Of a stretch of DNA of 64,000 bases, positions 44,962 to 59,064 are shown in pieces. Both the position numbers and the translations under genes were made by a program. Origin of the DNA: Blastocystis sp. Blastoise (lineage: Eukaryota; Protista; Bigyra: Opalinata); NCBI GenBank assembly GCA_039096225.1, contig JBBPEB010000009.1, forward strand, positions 248,001-312,000, written 5' to 3'. Under the pieces are notes generated by a model. It did not search any database and was not told the origin of the DNA. It was given only the letters and a program-made list of their open reading frames with translations. Position 1 is the first letter of the stretch. Every line of letters begins with the position of its first letter.

Positions 44962-46264
44962 GGATATATATACTCTACTTAACTACAGGCATATTTTTGT
45001 AGATAGGATATCTTTTTCTTTTATATAACCTCTTTCAATCGAGTTATGAAATTTAATTTTATATCTTTTTAAAATCCATATTGTTTGGTTGTTATACTAT
45101 TATCATTATTTAAATACTATTCAATTTATAACTATAATTATGATTCATATAAATATATGAATATTATGAATATTTATTTTATAAACATATAAAAAAACAA
45201 AACAAAATATTGATAAAAATAAAACAAATAAAATAGATTGCTTTAAACTCGTTCCAATTGTATAAAAATATCCATTAGAAAGACGACATATCTAAACATA
45301 TCAAAAAAAAAAAATGAAAAAAATCATATGAATCAATGAATATAAAGGAGTTAAAAAATAATAGTAAATACTTGACGTTTATGAAAATGAATATAAATTC
45401 AAGTAAAATAACAATATATATATATATATATAATTATGACTAGTAAGGAAAAGTAGATCAGATGATAGTGTTAATAAATATATAGTAAGAAACCAGCACA
45501 AGTGAACTATAAACAGAAGAAAAAAAATAAGAATAAACAAATAGAAAGAATATATATATATATATATTGATAAAAGATATTATTATAATATAGACTAAAT
45601 TAGAAAGATAACAAAAAACTAAATAGCTAAGAAAACACAAAAAGAAATAAAGAACAAAAATATTAATAAAAATAATAAAAATAATAATTAAAAATCATAG
45701 AAAAAGAATAAACCAACAATAATTATAAGAAAAGAAAAAATATTAATATATATAATACAATAAAAAGTAAAAGAAAAAAATAAATAAAAATAACTAAAAA
45801 AAAAATATATATATATAAAATAGTAGTAAATAGATATATAAATAATAAATAAATAATAGATAGATAATAGATAGATAATATATATAGAAAGATATACTTA
45901 TAGAGGAATACAAATAAACGGCCAAAAGAAGTTTAAGAAGGAAGAGGAAAAGGAGGAATATATATATATATATATATATGTATTATATATATGTATATGT
46001 ATATATGTATAAAGATGGAGAGTTACAGATTCTAGTATATATATATATATATGAAGATGAACAAGAATAATAAAAGTATACAGTTTATAATTATATCATT
46101 AAATAAATTATATATACATCAGAAGAATTATAAATAAAGATAATAACACATGAAAATAATAAGTGAAAAAATTTAAAGCTATTAAAATAAATTAAAAAAA
46201 TAATTGAGTAAGAATAACGCATATATAAGGAGCACGTGAGGCAAAACAAACCAATCATTTGAAG

Positions 46265-46477
46265 TTACTTGGCTCTATATAGAAATATGTATATACTTAT
46301 TTACATGAGAAAATAAGCTATATAGTCATATATGTATATATAAAGAGAATATTAATATATATATATATATATATACATTTTATTATCAATTCTATTTATA
46401 TTGGCTAATAGTTGACTGCCATATGTATAATTCGATGAGTTGCGAGAGTTGCCTTTAGAATAATTGAAATTCCTGCG

Positions 46478-46523
<46 letters not shown>

Positions 46524-46546
46524 CGACGATTATTATTGTTCCGACG

Positions 46547-46587
<41 letters not shown>

Positions 46588-49069
46588 TGCGTTTGGGTTG
46601 ACGTTGATAAGAGAGAGTTGATGTTTGATTGAGCGCGGGTAAGGGGATCATGGCGGGAAGAGGTAGGGGAGGAATGAAACTATTGGGTGAAGGCATAGTA
46701 GATAAATTAAGAGAGAGAGCAGTAGATGGTTTTGATATAGGAAGAATAGAAGAAGAAGAGACAGAAGGAGATATATTATGAGATTGATCAAAAATATCCA
46801 CGATCTTTAATTCTTTCCCTGGTGTTTTCCCGCGGTTATTTTTTACAGGTTTAGAAGGAGTTTTCTCTTGCGATATATTCATGTGTTTTGAAGACTCACG
46901 GGGAACCATCGATTGTGAAGGAATAACAGAGGATTTCTCATGGGAATCAGAAGCGACTGTATTTGTTGACTAAAAAAAGACAATATATATATATATATAA
47001 TAATAAAATTAATAGATCCATATATATACAGATTTGGATTTTCCTCTAAACTGCCTATATAAATAGTAATATAAGAATAGAGTAGAAAAAAATAAGGATT
47101 ATATAATAATATATATACTGTATTAAAGTAGCCTTCATTTCTGCTATCTCCTTATCATTCTATATTATAATATACATAAATATAATAATAATAATAATAA
47201 TAAATAAAATAAAAATAAAATAAAATAATAATAATAATAATAATATATAATAATATATAATAATAATAATAATAATAATAAAAATACATCAATTGAAAAA
47301 CTGTCACTAGAATGACGCCTCACTTGTCGACGTTTGCGTCGTTGTTCGTCACGTCCACGTTCTTCGGAATCACTGCTAGTATCATAATCACTATATTCAT
47401 CATCATCATCTTCTTCTTCTCTTCTTCTCTTTCTCTTTCTATCTTTTCTTCTCTCACTATCACTATCATAATGACGATGACGCTTGTTGTGTCGATCTTT
47501 CACGTGATGACTTGAATGACGCGCACGGTATTTCTTATCATGAATCTTTCTTCTTCTTCTTTCTTTTTCTTCTTGACTACTTTCACTACTACTACTACTA
47601 CTACTACTATAATTACTACTACTACTACTATTATTACTTTCACTATAATCATTCTCACTTGAGTCTTCTTTCTCTTCATTATTTCCTTGTTTATATACAG
47701 TAGATCCATTATTCATATCAATATTTCCACGGTTATTCTCATTTTCATTATGAGGTATAATTCCTTCCTTTTGTGATATAGGAGGAGAAGGAATATATGA
47801 AGAAGAACTTTGTCCTGTTTGTATTCCTTGTATATTGTGAATACTCTGTATATTCTGTTGACCCTGCATAAAGGATTGATTCTGCATAAATTGCTGTTGA
47901 GGGACACCGAATTGTGTTCCTTGAGGAGTCATTCGATTGGCCTGAAGTTGAGATATAGTGGAACCATTTTGAAAATTGTTATTTAATGTATTAGGAGCAG
48001 AAATCATAGAAGAGAGAGAAATATTAGAATTAGGATTCATATTCATATTCATATTCATAGGCATTGTTGTTAATGGAAGTTGTTGTATATTTGTATTATT
48101 GAGAGATCCTTGAGTAGGAAGAGGAAGCGCGGGAAGTCCTGGAAGAGCGGGTAACCCAGAGATTGTAGGAAGAGAAGTTGATGTAGCCAGTTGATGAATA
48201 TTTGTTTGAAGAGGATAGAACGAAGGAGATATAGCATTATTATTATTAATATTATTATTATTATTAATATTATTATTAGTATTGATGATAGGGTTAATAC
48301 CAGATGAATTGATAGCAGGAGTAGCTAGAGGAGGAAAAGAAGGAGATGAATTGATTCCAGAAGTATTTCTATTATTATAAGGAATAAATTGAGGAACTAA
48401 AGAAGTAGTTGTTTGTAATAGTTGAGATCTATTTGCTTGTATAATAGGTAGAGATGAATTTGGTGTCATCTTCATCATCATTGGTTGTATTGAGTTCTGT
48501 AACATAGAATTAGGTACCATTTGCAAAGGAACATTCATAGAATTCATATTCATCAGTATTGGTTGAGGTATTTGATTATTAAAAGGATATATAGTATTAT
48601 TACCTTGTACTCGTTGCTGATTATTTCGATTATTCATATATTTACCTTTATTCAACTTCCCCACTTTTCCTTTTTTATTTTTTGGGACAGGAACATTAAG
48701 AGCAGTATCCACAATTACAAATGGTTTCTTTGCTGAACTTTGTTGGACTTTTAAATCTTTTGGTTCTTCATCTTTTAATAATGCTATATAAGATAAAACA
48801 ATAATAATAAACAGAAAGTAAAATAAATATAGAAATACAATGATTTTCATTATTTTGTGAGATATCATCATCATCGTCGTCCCTCTGTTGATAATGTCTA
48901 TCATACTCATCTTCATCAGAGCTTCCATCATAATTGTACTTGATATTTGAATGGTTTCTAGAATCAATCAGATATAAAAAATAATCTTTATATACTTTCC
49001 TTCATCACCATCATCAAGATTGACATGGTCTACACTGTCGATTGAAAAATCTTTACTATAATCATCCAT
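46265..49069 (-). CDS. Orphan low-complexity protein (acidic, M/N/Q/P-rich, Arg/Ser/His-rich, poly-Asn); probably nuclear
   Basis: Large open exons (47165-48967 and 46352-46909 frames) bounded by GT-AG sites; no recognisable folded domain. Confidence 0.7.
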
Positions 49070-49788
49070 TTAATTGAAAGGATGAAAAAAAATAATGGAA
49101 ACAAAACAGTCTTTTTCTCCTCTTTTTAAGTTCATTTCCTTGTTGAACATGAAGAAAACTGTTTGCTTGTTAATTCATATACATAAAGAATATTATAGCT
49201 CTTCGATTTTATGGAGCAACAATCTTGTAAAACTTATGATTGATTATTTGTGAATAAAAAATTGTGAGATTTATTAATATTATTTTGATTGATAAAAAAA
49301 ATTCTTTTTAAATAATAAAAAAAGAATACTAAAAATGTGAATATATTGTATAAAAAAGTTCACAAAATAATAGATTATGATAAATATTCATGCTTTAAAT
49401 GCAGGCTAGACAACTTTAAAACAAATAAAACAACATTCTTAAGAAGCAAAAGTGAATACACATCATTTGATTCAAAAAAATAGTTTAAAAACAAGGTTAT
49501 TTAGAGAAGTTTAAGATTAAAAAAATGAGAAATGCACTCTATAAAACGAAATAAATAATTAAATAGCTATAAAAGACTTAAATAAGAAATTTAAAGAAGC
49601 CACTATTAGAAAACCACGGGGATAAATCTTTGTAAATCCAGGGGTGAAATTATGAAATTGATACAAAAATTTAGGCTTTTACGTTTTTTAAGAATTTACC
49701 CCCATAAGAAAAGAAAAAATGAGTTATAACCTATATTTTGTTGTCTAACAATATATTCTATTGCCGCTTGTAATTTAATAATAATAAC

Positions 49789-50642
49789 ATGGCTCCTCCT
49801 CCTGCTACTGGTACTGAAACTGTTAGTATGTAAATTCTTCAAGTTGCTCAAATATTTTCTCTTCATAATAACAAAAAATCTAAATGATCCATCATTATAA
49901 TTTACTTAAGAGCTGTTGGTGGTGAACCCGCTGCCGCCGCTACTCTTGCCCCTAAGGTTGGTCCTCTTGGTATGGCCCCTAAAAAGGTTGGTGATGATAT
50001 TCAAAAGGCTACTATGGACTGGAAAGGTCTTAAAGTTACCTGCAAGCTTACCATTGTAAACCGTCAAGCTACTGTTGAAGTTGTCCCCAGTGCTGCTTCT
50101 TTACTTATTAAGGCTCTTAACGAACCCCTCCGTGATCGTAAGGCTACTAAGGGTCAAGGTGTTATGTTTATCAACTTTTTACAAAATTATATTTATATTA
50201 TATGTTTTATTCCTTTTTTAGAATTAATTATTATCTTTTTCTTCACTTATATATATATATATATATATATGAATTATCCATTATCTATAATTCCTAATAT
50301 TTTATGCATATATATATATGTAAATAATTTTATGGTGTTCACCACAACGGTAACCTCACCCTCGATCAAGTTACCAACGTTGCCAAGGCTCTTCGTCACC
50401 GTTCTTATGCTAAGGAAATGTCTGGTTCCGTTAAGGAAATCTTAGGTACTTGCCAGTATGTTTTTTAATCGTTATATATATATATATATATATTAAAAGC
50501 GTTACCTCTATTTATGCTATTTATATAAATATTATTTTTATTTTATTTTCATTATAAAGCTATTGGTTGTACTGTTGATGGTATGACTCCTCAACAAGTT
50601 ATGCAAATGATCGATAACAAAGAAATCGAAATTTCTGCTTAA
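49789..50642 (+). CDS. RPL12: 60S ribosomal protein L12 (uL11)
   Basis: YLRAVGGE...[50 protein letters not shown]. All three introns need non-AG acceptors. Confidence 0.97.
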
Positions 50643-50821
50643 TTTTTTTATTAAACACAGTATGCGGCATGATTCTTTGTTTTGTTTCTAACTAGTTTAT
50701 TCTTTTTAAAAGTTAATTTTTGATTTCATATTCATAAATGAAAGGGTAAACTAATTAATTGAAAAACTAAAATAGTTGGTATTTATTTAAAATATAACAT
50801 ATATGTATATAAATATTTTAT

Positions 50822-52424
50822 TTATATGGCTTTTGAAATTAGGATGAACTGGAATTTGAGGAAGAAACTGAATTATTTATAGGATTTTGAGTAGTATTTT
50901 GGGTTTCAATAGTGATACTTGTCGATAAAGGTATTGTTGAAGGTTGTTCAGGCATAGAGGGAGTTATAGTTGGTATGGTGTTATTGATGGTTTCATTTGT
51001 CTGTGGTTGTGATTGTATAGTTGGCTGAGATTGTATAGATGGTTGTGGTTGTATAGTTGGTTGAGATACAGAAGGAAGTGTTTGTGGAGATGATGATAAA
51101 GTAGAAGTAGAAGGAACAGATTGTGTAGTTGATTGTTGAGCTTCTCTAAATAAATAAATGAATATTATTATTATTATTATATATATAATTACACTTCTCG
51201 TTTCATTTGAGCCATTAATAATTCTTTTGCTTTTTCTTTATTGTCTATAACTTTGATGGGTTTAATTTTTCTTTGATTCATTAAATATCCATAGGTTGTA
51301 TATCCTGAATGTAATACTTTACATTGATTATAAAATAAATCACAAAAACAGAATAAAATAACAGCGGAAGTAGCTTCATAGATAACAAATAACTATATAA
51401 TAATATATTAATAATAATAGACTACTAATAAGTTTAATAAATATAATAATAATAATAAACATAATAAATATAATAATAAGGGGAATCATTATAGAGTAAA
51501 ATAAAAAACTTACAATTAAATAACCTGGAGAATATTTCTCATTAAACATTTTATAAAGAATATAACCAGAATATAATGTTTGGACTAATAACATTAATAT
51601 TCCTTTATATATATATAATGATATAATGATATATAGTATTTTTGATAAAGTGGTGGAGAAATAATATTAAATAATAAATAAAATTTATTATAAAAAAATA
51701 CAATAATAATAACAATAATATATATATACCATCAATGATGAAAGCAAAGAAATAAGGATAAGTTCGTCTACTAATACATGTATTTAACCATATACAGTGG
51801 TGATCTAAACCACGAACTTTCTTCTGACAACGAGGACAATAACGAATCTCATTCTTGTCTTTTGTACAAGGCATACCGCTACCTTTCTGAAATTAAAAAG
51901 AATATAAGCAATGATTGTATTCATAATTGTTGATATTCATAATAAAATAAGTAAAGAATAAGAATAAAAAAAAATAATAACACAATTTATTTACAATTTT
52001 CTATTATTGATAAAATAAAAGCAAGAATAGGAATATTACTATTATAAAAAATATCAAAAAAAAACAAAATACTTCAACTGAAGGATCTAAAATCTCAATT
52101 GTAAACCACAATCCAGTAAATATGACTGCAAATACAGTATAGACACATAGTGCAATTATATACTATTATGAATAATAAAAAAAAAACGAAAAACAATACA
52201 TCAAAGTCTTCTTTGATTACTATAGTGGTATAATAAAAGCACTATTGAAAGAATAGAATATTAAAATAAAGTGAAAAATAAGGAAAAGATATAATTACAC
52301 AATAAAAGAGAATAATTGTCACAGCACAAAAGATTTGCTCTTTACAAGGCGGCCAACTGAATCCATTTATTCTTCGCTATGTGATATTAGTGTGATTTCA
52401 TCAAATAATAAATACTTTTACCAT
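50822..52424 (-). CDS. DHHC palmitoyltransferase (ZDHHC1/11-like)
   Basis: MRRINGFSWP, CPRCQKKV..LDHHCIWLNTCI..RTYPYF, TTY and TM segments; first exon is ATG only. Confidence 0.9.
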
Positions 52425-52835
52425 GTATTTCTTGAAAATAAAAAGAAAAAAAATAATGATAATTTCAAATTTTTCGTTTTTTTTAAAATACATATTCGTT
52501 TTGTATTATTTTTTTAGTATTTCATTTCGTTATTATAATAAATGCAACATATGACTTAAATGAAAATATATAGTGCTGATTCATGAAAGCACTAAGGTAT
52601 TTAAATGAACATTATTTTTTGATTTATGTTTTCTGTGTTGTGTAAATATTAATTACAACTAACTATAACGAGATATCTAGTTATTATTATAGCAACAAAA
52701 CAAAAACACATGTTTATGTTTAAATAATTACTAGACAGGCATTATATAAAAATAACCATAAAATGATAGAGTAATAGAATATATTATGATAATTTAAAGA
52801 AATAAAATAGACAGCGAGAGTCAAAGGAAATGCAA

Positions 52836-53396
52836 TTATCTTTCTCTTGGATGTCTTTCATTATCTGGATAAGCGTATGTATTAGCAAGTTCATCCATAG
52901 CCTTAAGAGCTTTTTGTTTAGATTCGTCATTTATTGTTTGACCTAATCTAACAGCACCATAGATTGCTGCTCCAATAAGACCTGCACCAAGAAGTACGGG
53001 ACCTCCAAAACCAATGACACCTGCAGATTGAAGTATCGCACACATTGATCCTGCAGTCACGCTGCCTCCATAAGAAGCCATAATTGCAGCAGCTGTAGAA
53101 CCTGCGGTTATACCAGTAGCACTAAATCCAAGAGCTGCAGGAACAGCACTTAATGCAACAGCAGTTCCAACACCTGTTGCAGTAGCTCCTGCAACATCAG
53201 CAACAACTGTTAAATTCGTTGATTCGTTTTTTTTGCCATCGTTACTTGTATACTTTGGTTCTTTATAAGTTTTAGGAAGAAAAGTATCTTCAAGTTCTCT
53301 ATGGTTTGAATAAGAATAGTTACCATATACAGACATAGATTCAGGAGGCATATTGATCAAATCGTTTAAAATAATCAGATTATGAAAATTGGACAT
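52836..53396 (-). CDS. IFI6/IFI27 (ISG12, Ifi-6-16) family protein, intronless
   Basis: ALGFSATGITAGSTAAAIMASYGGSVTAGSMCAILQSAGV matches the ISG12 motif. Confidence 0.85.
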   Translation of the reverse strand: MSNFHNLIILNDLINMPPESMSVYGNYSYSNHRELEDTFLPKTYKEPKYTSNDGKKNESTNLTVVADVAGATATGVGTAVALSAVPAALGFSATGITAGSTAAAIMASYGGSVTAGSMCAILQSAGVIGFGGPVLLGAGLIGAAIYGAVRLGQTINDESKQKALKAMDELANTYAYPDNERHPRER

Positions 53397-53798
53397 AAGA
53401 AAAAAAAATATGCAAATTTCAATTTTTAATAAATATTTTCTTCATATTTGTATTAACCTGATTCAATTATTAGCCAATCATAGGCGCATAATCTAAAATA
53501 ACTCCACAGTAGTTTTTCTGTATTATTCTTTTTCCGGAAAGAAAACAGACATTTCTAGAAATATTTCTAGGAATCGGGCAATATTATGACAAAAGGAAGT
53601 ATTTGAAAAATGAATGTTTTTGACAGAAAAAAAGCAAATTCTAGAAATTTCTACTATTGCTTTATAGAAAACAAGAAAACAGGTCAAAAGATAGTTTCTA
53701 TGAAAAATGAGAATTATAAGAGAGATCTGAGTTTTCCCCAATACTCAATAGAACACATCAATTTTTATTTTTTGTTGTTGTTTTTGTAAAGTGTTATA

Positions 53799-54242
53799 AT
53801 GTTATCTAGAGTTTTAAGTTCTTCTTTACTTCGTGCTAATTATCATACATGTTCTACCTTATTCAAGACCATGATTGTTCCTGTTCCTCAGATGGGTGAG
53901 TCTATTAAAGAAGGAACGCTTGTACAATGGGAAAAGCATGTTGGTGACAAAGTTAGTATTGATGATGTTATTGCCGTTGTTGAAACTGATAAAGTATCTA
54001 TATATTTGATTTTTTTAATTTTATTTGAAAAAATATAATTTCTTTATAAAAAGGAATAGTATGAAATAATGTTATATGAATATTTTTTTAAAATAGTTTT
54101 TTCTAATTATTTAACTTAACTCTAGGTTAGTATTGATGTAAGAAGTGATTATATGGGTATCTTAAAAAAGCAATATAATGAACCTGACGATGTTATTATT
54201 GTAAATGAACCTTTGGCAGCAATTGAAGTACCTGATAATTAA
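53799..54242 (+). CDS. Stand-alone lipoyl-domain protein with predicted mitochondrial presequence
   Basis: MLSRVLSSSLLRA presequence, then VPQMGESIKEGTLVQWEKHVGDKVSIDDVIAVVETDK/VSIDVRS...LAAIEVPDN*. Two exons; the stop follows the domain directly. Confidence 0.85.
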
Positions 54243-54496
54243 ATTAGTGATTCTATTATTATAATCATTGCATTTGCTATTTTGTATTCTATATATAATA
54301 TTATTTTATCAATAAGAATTAGCTTTTTAAATTTTTTTTGTCAATAAAATATTGGGAGTTTTTCTTTTTGTTTTGTTAGTAAATATATATATATATCTAT
54401 ATGCATCCTTTAATAGATAATGTTTAATTTAACACGTACATATAAACAAATGTATATATATGTTAATGAACTAAATAAAAAGAAAAGTAGTGATAT

Positions 54497-55821
54497 TTAT
54501 TGATTTTTAGTAGTGATTTCGTTTTGAGTATCACAATAATCTTTATATTTTTGTAGATCAACAGAGAGAGGAAGAATGACTTCTTTGTCATCAAAACATT
54601 CTTCAGGAGTAGATTCCAAGAGATGATTATCAATAAGTTTTTGATATTGTTCTTCAGTTATATAGTGAATACCTGTTCCATGAAAAGAATTAAACATTTC
54701 ATTCTCTTCTTTTAATTCTTTCATTTCTAATGTATACTATAATAGTCATAGAATTATGGAATTGTAAAGATAAATAATTTATATTATTGTAATAATAATA
54801 TTACATAATAATGATATAAATAATAATATAAATAAATATAAATGATAGTAAATAATAATAAATAAAAAATTATAAATTAATATGATAAATACAAATAGTA
54901 AAATAATAATAATAATAAAAATAATAATATACTTCATAGAAATAAGGAATTAATGGAGGTATAGTATATGTATTGTCTTCTTCATGCATAGTATGCTCTA
55001 ATAAATAATTCACACGTTTGAAGGAATTACCAATATATATTATATTCTTTAATGATTCACCCCAATTCGACCAAAATATATTACTATTCCTATAGATATT
55101 AATTATAGTATTAATAATGTTATTTAAGAATAATCATATTATTATAAAGGAAGTTATAATTCATTTTATAATAATAATAATAATAATATCTCAGATAATA
55201 ATAATAATAATAATAAAATTAATTAATTAATTAATTAATTAATAATAATAATAATAATAAACATATAATAATAATAATATACAATCGACTTCCACAATGA
55301 GGTAAATAGAAGAGTGTTCGTGTAGTAATTGGATATTTACCCATTTTATTCTGGGTTTCAATAGTACAACCATAAGAAGAAAATATTAGAATATCTAACT
55401 ATAATATTCATATTCATACGTTGATAATATATACATATATAGATGTAATATATATTCTTATATAAATATATATCCATTCAATATTATATGCATACATATA
55501 TATAATGTATATCCTTATATAAATAAAGGATAATAAAATTAATATGATATATATATATTTCTAGAGTATATTTATAAGAATAATAAAAAGTATATACATT
55601 ATTGAAAGTCGGATCAAATAAATTGATTGTAGTTTCTATATGTAGATCTTGCTTCAAAGCTAATATATATGCAAATTGCCATATAGAAACAGTAGATGTA
55701 CTCAAATTACCTATTCCTAACACATATATATCATGAATACCCGGAAACTATATATAAAACTTATATTATTATAATAATAAAAAGTAACATAATATTTATA
55801 TTATTATGATATAAAAATTAG

Positions 55822-55872
<51 letters not shown>

Positions 55873-56238
55873 ATTATTATTATTATTATGAAAATTAAAA
55901 TAATAATAATATATATATATTATTATAATATTAAAAATAAAACATAATATTTATATTATTATAATAATAAAAATAACATGTTATTTATAAATAATAAAGC
56001 ATAATATACATCTTTCAAAGTATTCACAGATTCTTTATAAAATGTATATTCATGAATTTTCTCAACGTACCAATCAATTTGAGACATCAACTTTTCTTCA
56101 GGTGTCTGATTCTTTATCGATATATTCTTATCCTTTCTATATACAGTTATATTCAAAAATAACATATTGTATTTAAAAAAATATTTATATTATTCATATA
56201 TGTTGACATATATATTCTATTAAACAAATAAAAAACAG

Positions 56239-56297
<59 letters not shown>

Positions 56298-56567
56298 TAA
56301 AAATATATAATAAATAAAATAAAATAAAATAAAATAAATAAAACAAAATAAAAACACCACAAAGAATCAACGAAAGAATAATCTACCTTGGTTTTCGTTC
56401 TTTAACATGTAACTTTGTGTAATCTATCGTAATCTCTGTCTGTTTTTTATCCTTTGCCTTACTAATATAGACATTAAAAACATTTTACATATAATTTCAA
56501 TAACATACTATGGATGCTTTCTAGACTTCTTGGGAAGCTGAAACCCATCATCATCAATCGCGTTCAT
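54497..56567 (-). CDS. SRR1-domain protein
   Basis: LGIGN...WQFAYIL, LFDPTF, TLFYLPHC and NW...IYIGNSF. Confidence 0.85.
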
Positions 56568-56827
56568 TATAATTTGATTATTAGATTAACAAGAATCAGA
56601 AATATAAATATAATATTTAGTTATTTGGTTATCCTAGATGATTATTACGTGACACTGTTTACTTTAATATACAGAAATGATGATTCTGTAAGTTAAACAA
56701 ATTTTATTGTATGAATCGATTTCTGACTAATTCAGCAGAAATCAGTTTTTGTTTAAATAATAGACACCAAACACTAATTATTGTTTTTCTTGATAAAATA
56801 TTTCCTTATTCAGTTTTATATTGTTAA

Positions 56828-57434
56828 ATGAAGCAAGGCAAACCAAATGAACATGAAGACAGATCTAGAACGATACTGAAACCAATCAATCTGCCTTCTA
56901 TTTCTACGAATCTATCATCAGCTTCAGCTACGCCTCTGTTAAGTACAGGAATTCAATTAAATAGACGAGCAAGTACGTCAAATGAAGTCCACTCTGTTTC
57001 AAGTTCATCTTCAACCCCATCACAAGTAATTCTTTCACATTTTTTCTTTCTCAAATTGAATATCTTTGAATCATTCTATATATCAATTCTTGTTGTTTCC
57101 TAATACATTTCAATTCCTAAATGAATTTCCTCTTTAGACTCCTACAGGTATTTCTTCTCCTGGATTACCTTCTTCTAAACAACGTTCATTCTCATTTTAT
57201 AACCAATCAAATCGTCATAGCAGAAACTCCTCAGAAACGTCATTACACCCACAATCTCCTGTATGTTTTATATTTATTTAGTTTTTTTTTGATTTTAGTA
57301 TTATTATTATATTAATTATTATTATTAAAAACTATTATATTTTTAATTTTATTATACTTATTATTATTATTGAATATTATTTATTTTTAGTTTATATATA
57401 TATATATATTTATTCAAATCCTTCTTTCATTACT

Positions 57435-57503
<69 letters not shown>

Positions 57504-58579
57504 AGGTGTCTCTGTAGGCAGTCCAAAGAATCGATCTACGGATATAACTTCTCTCTCTACTTTAAGATCTCTTCTTGATGACTTTCAAGTATATATATAT
57601 ATAGTTATTTATGAATTTATTTATTTACTTATTTATTATATTTATTTACATATTTATATATTCTATAGATTTATTTACATATTTCTTATTCTTAATTGAT
57701 GAATAATAAATATTTTATATATATCATATACTATATATATACGACTATATATATAGCGTAATCATTCTGATAGCATTATTATTCGAGATTGTCCTGAAGT
57801 CACATTTCCTCCTCCACACGTGCGTAATCAGCTGCTTGTGAATACTATTCCATTGACAACAAATTTCTCTCCTTCTCATGTAGATCATATTCTAACGGAA
57901 TCCCTTGATTATAAATCTACTCCATCTCTTCCTAATTCATTTTCCCCGCGATTAGTAACAAGTCCTCATGTAGATGAAGAGAAAGGAAATACTATATCCT
58001 CTACTATACGTCCAATAAAGGAAACAAAGAAATCTGCTGTAGAGATTCATTCCCAAGGGAAACAAGTATTAAGAGTTATTCGTGGCATGATGAGTTCTGA
58101 TGGAGCAAGTAGTGAGTTATTTTCTAGTGGTGGCAGTCTTAGTGAAGATACATCTCCTATGATTGATTCTATAGGACTTCCTTTAACTAGCTATACATCT
58201 CAAGGAAATCTAAGAAGAAGTATGAGTAATAACTCGTATTTAGCATTTATGGATATGTATCCTACTAGTAATAATAATAATAAAGATAATAATAAAGATA
58301 ATAATAAAGATAATAATAATAATAAAGATAATAATAATACTATAACTGGTTCTTCTGTACCCTCTACTTCTCGTGCTAATTCTTATTCTTCAAATACTAT
58401 TCCTTCCTCTGTATCTATAGAAAATAAAAGTCGATCAGTTCTCTCTTCTCCTACTTCTACTATTGTTCCTAATAGGGTACTTCCAGCGCTAGAAGCTTCT
58501 ACTACTAAACCTACCCATGCTGCTCATCCTGCTAAGAAAATATCATTCTTACTTTCATCTTATAATGAGAAATGGAACC

Positions 58580-58659
<80 letters not shown>

Positions 58660-59064
58660 TCTTATCTTTCAAAGACATATCCTGCCTCTTCTTCTTCTTC
58701 TTCTACTACTACTACTACTACTACTACTACTAGTATACGTACCCCTCCACCTCCTCCTTCTTCTCTCCCTCCTCCTCCTCCTCTTACTCGAACTAATACT
58801 AAGAATACTAATAATACTAATAATACTAAGAATACAAGTACTACTACTAATAATAATAATAATCCACAAAATACACTCTTGGAAGATGATTTTGATGAGA
58901 ATTCAGATATTTTATCTATTCCAACTACTGACAGAAACTCACACTCTCAAGGTTTATGGCTTGATAATACCATCAATAACCACAGAAAAACCCTGGGAAT
59001 CTCTATATTTGCTGATGAGATCGTGAAGGAGATTTCTAAAGATAAGGATTTTAATGAAGAATAA
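56828..59064 (+). CDS. Orphan Ser/Thr/Asn/Pro-rich disordered protein
   Basis: Four exons with GT-AG sites ending in a ~1.3 kb open exon; no domain recognised. Confidence 0.7.

Noticed and set aside
51376-51395. Apparent out-of-phase acceptor in the DHHC gene
   Set aside because: An upstream TATATAG acceptor gives a canonical in-frame junction.
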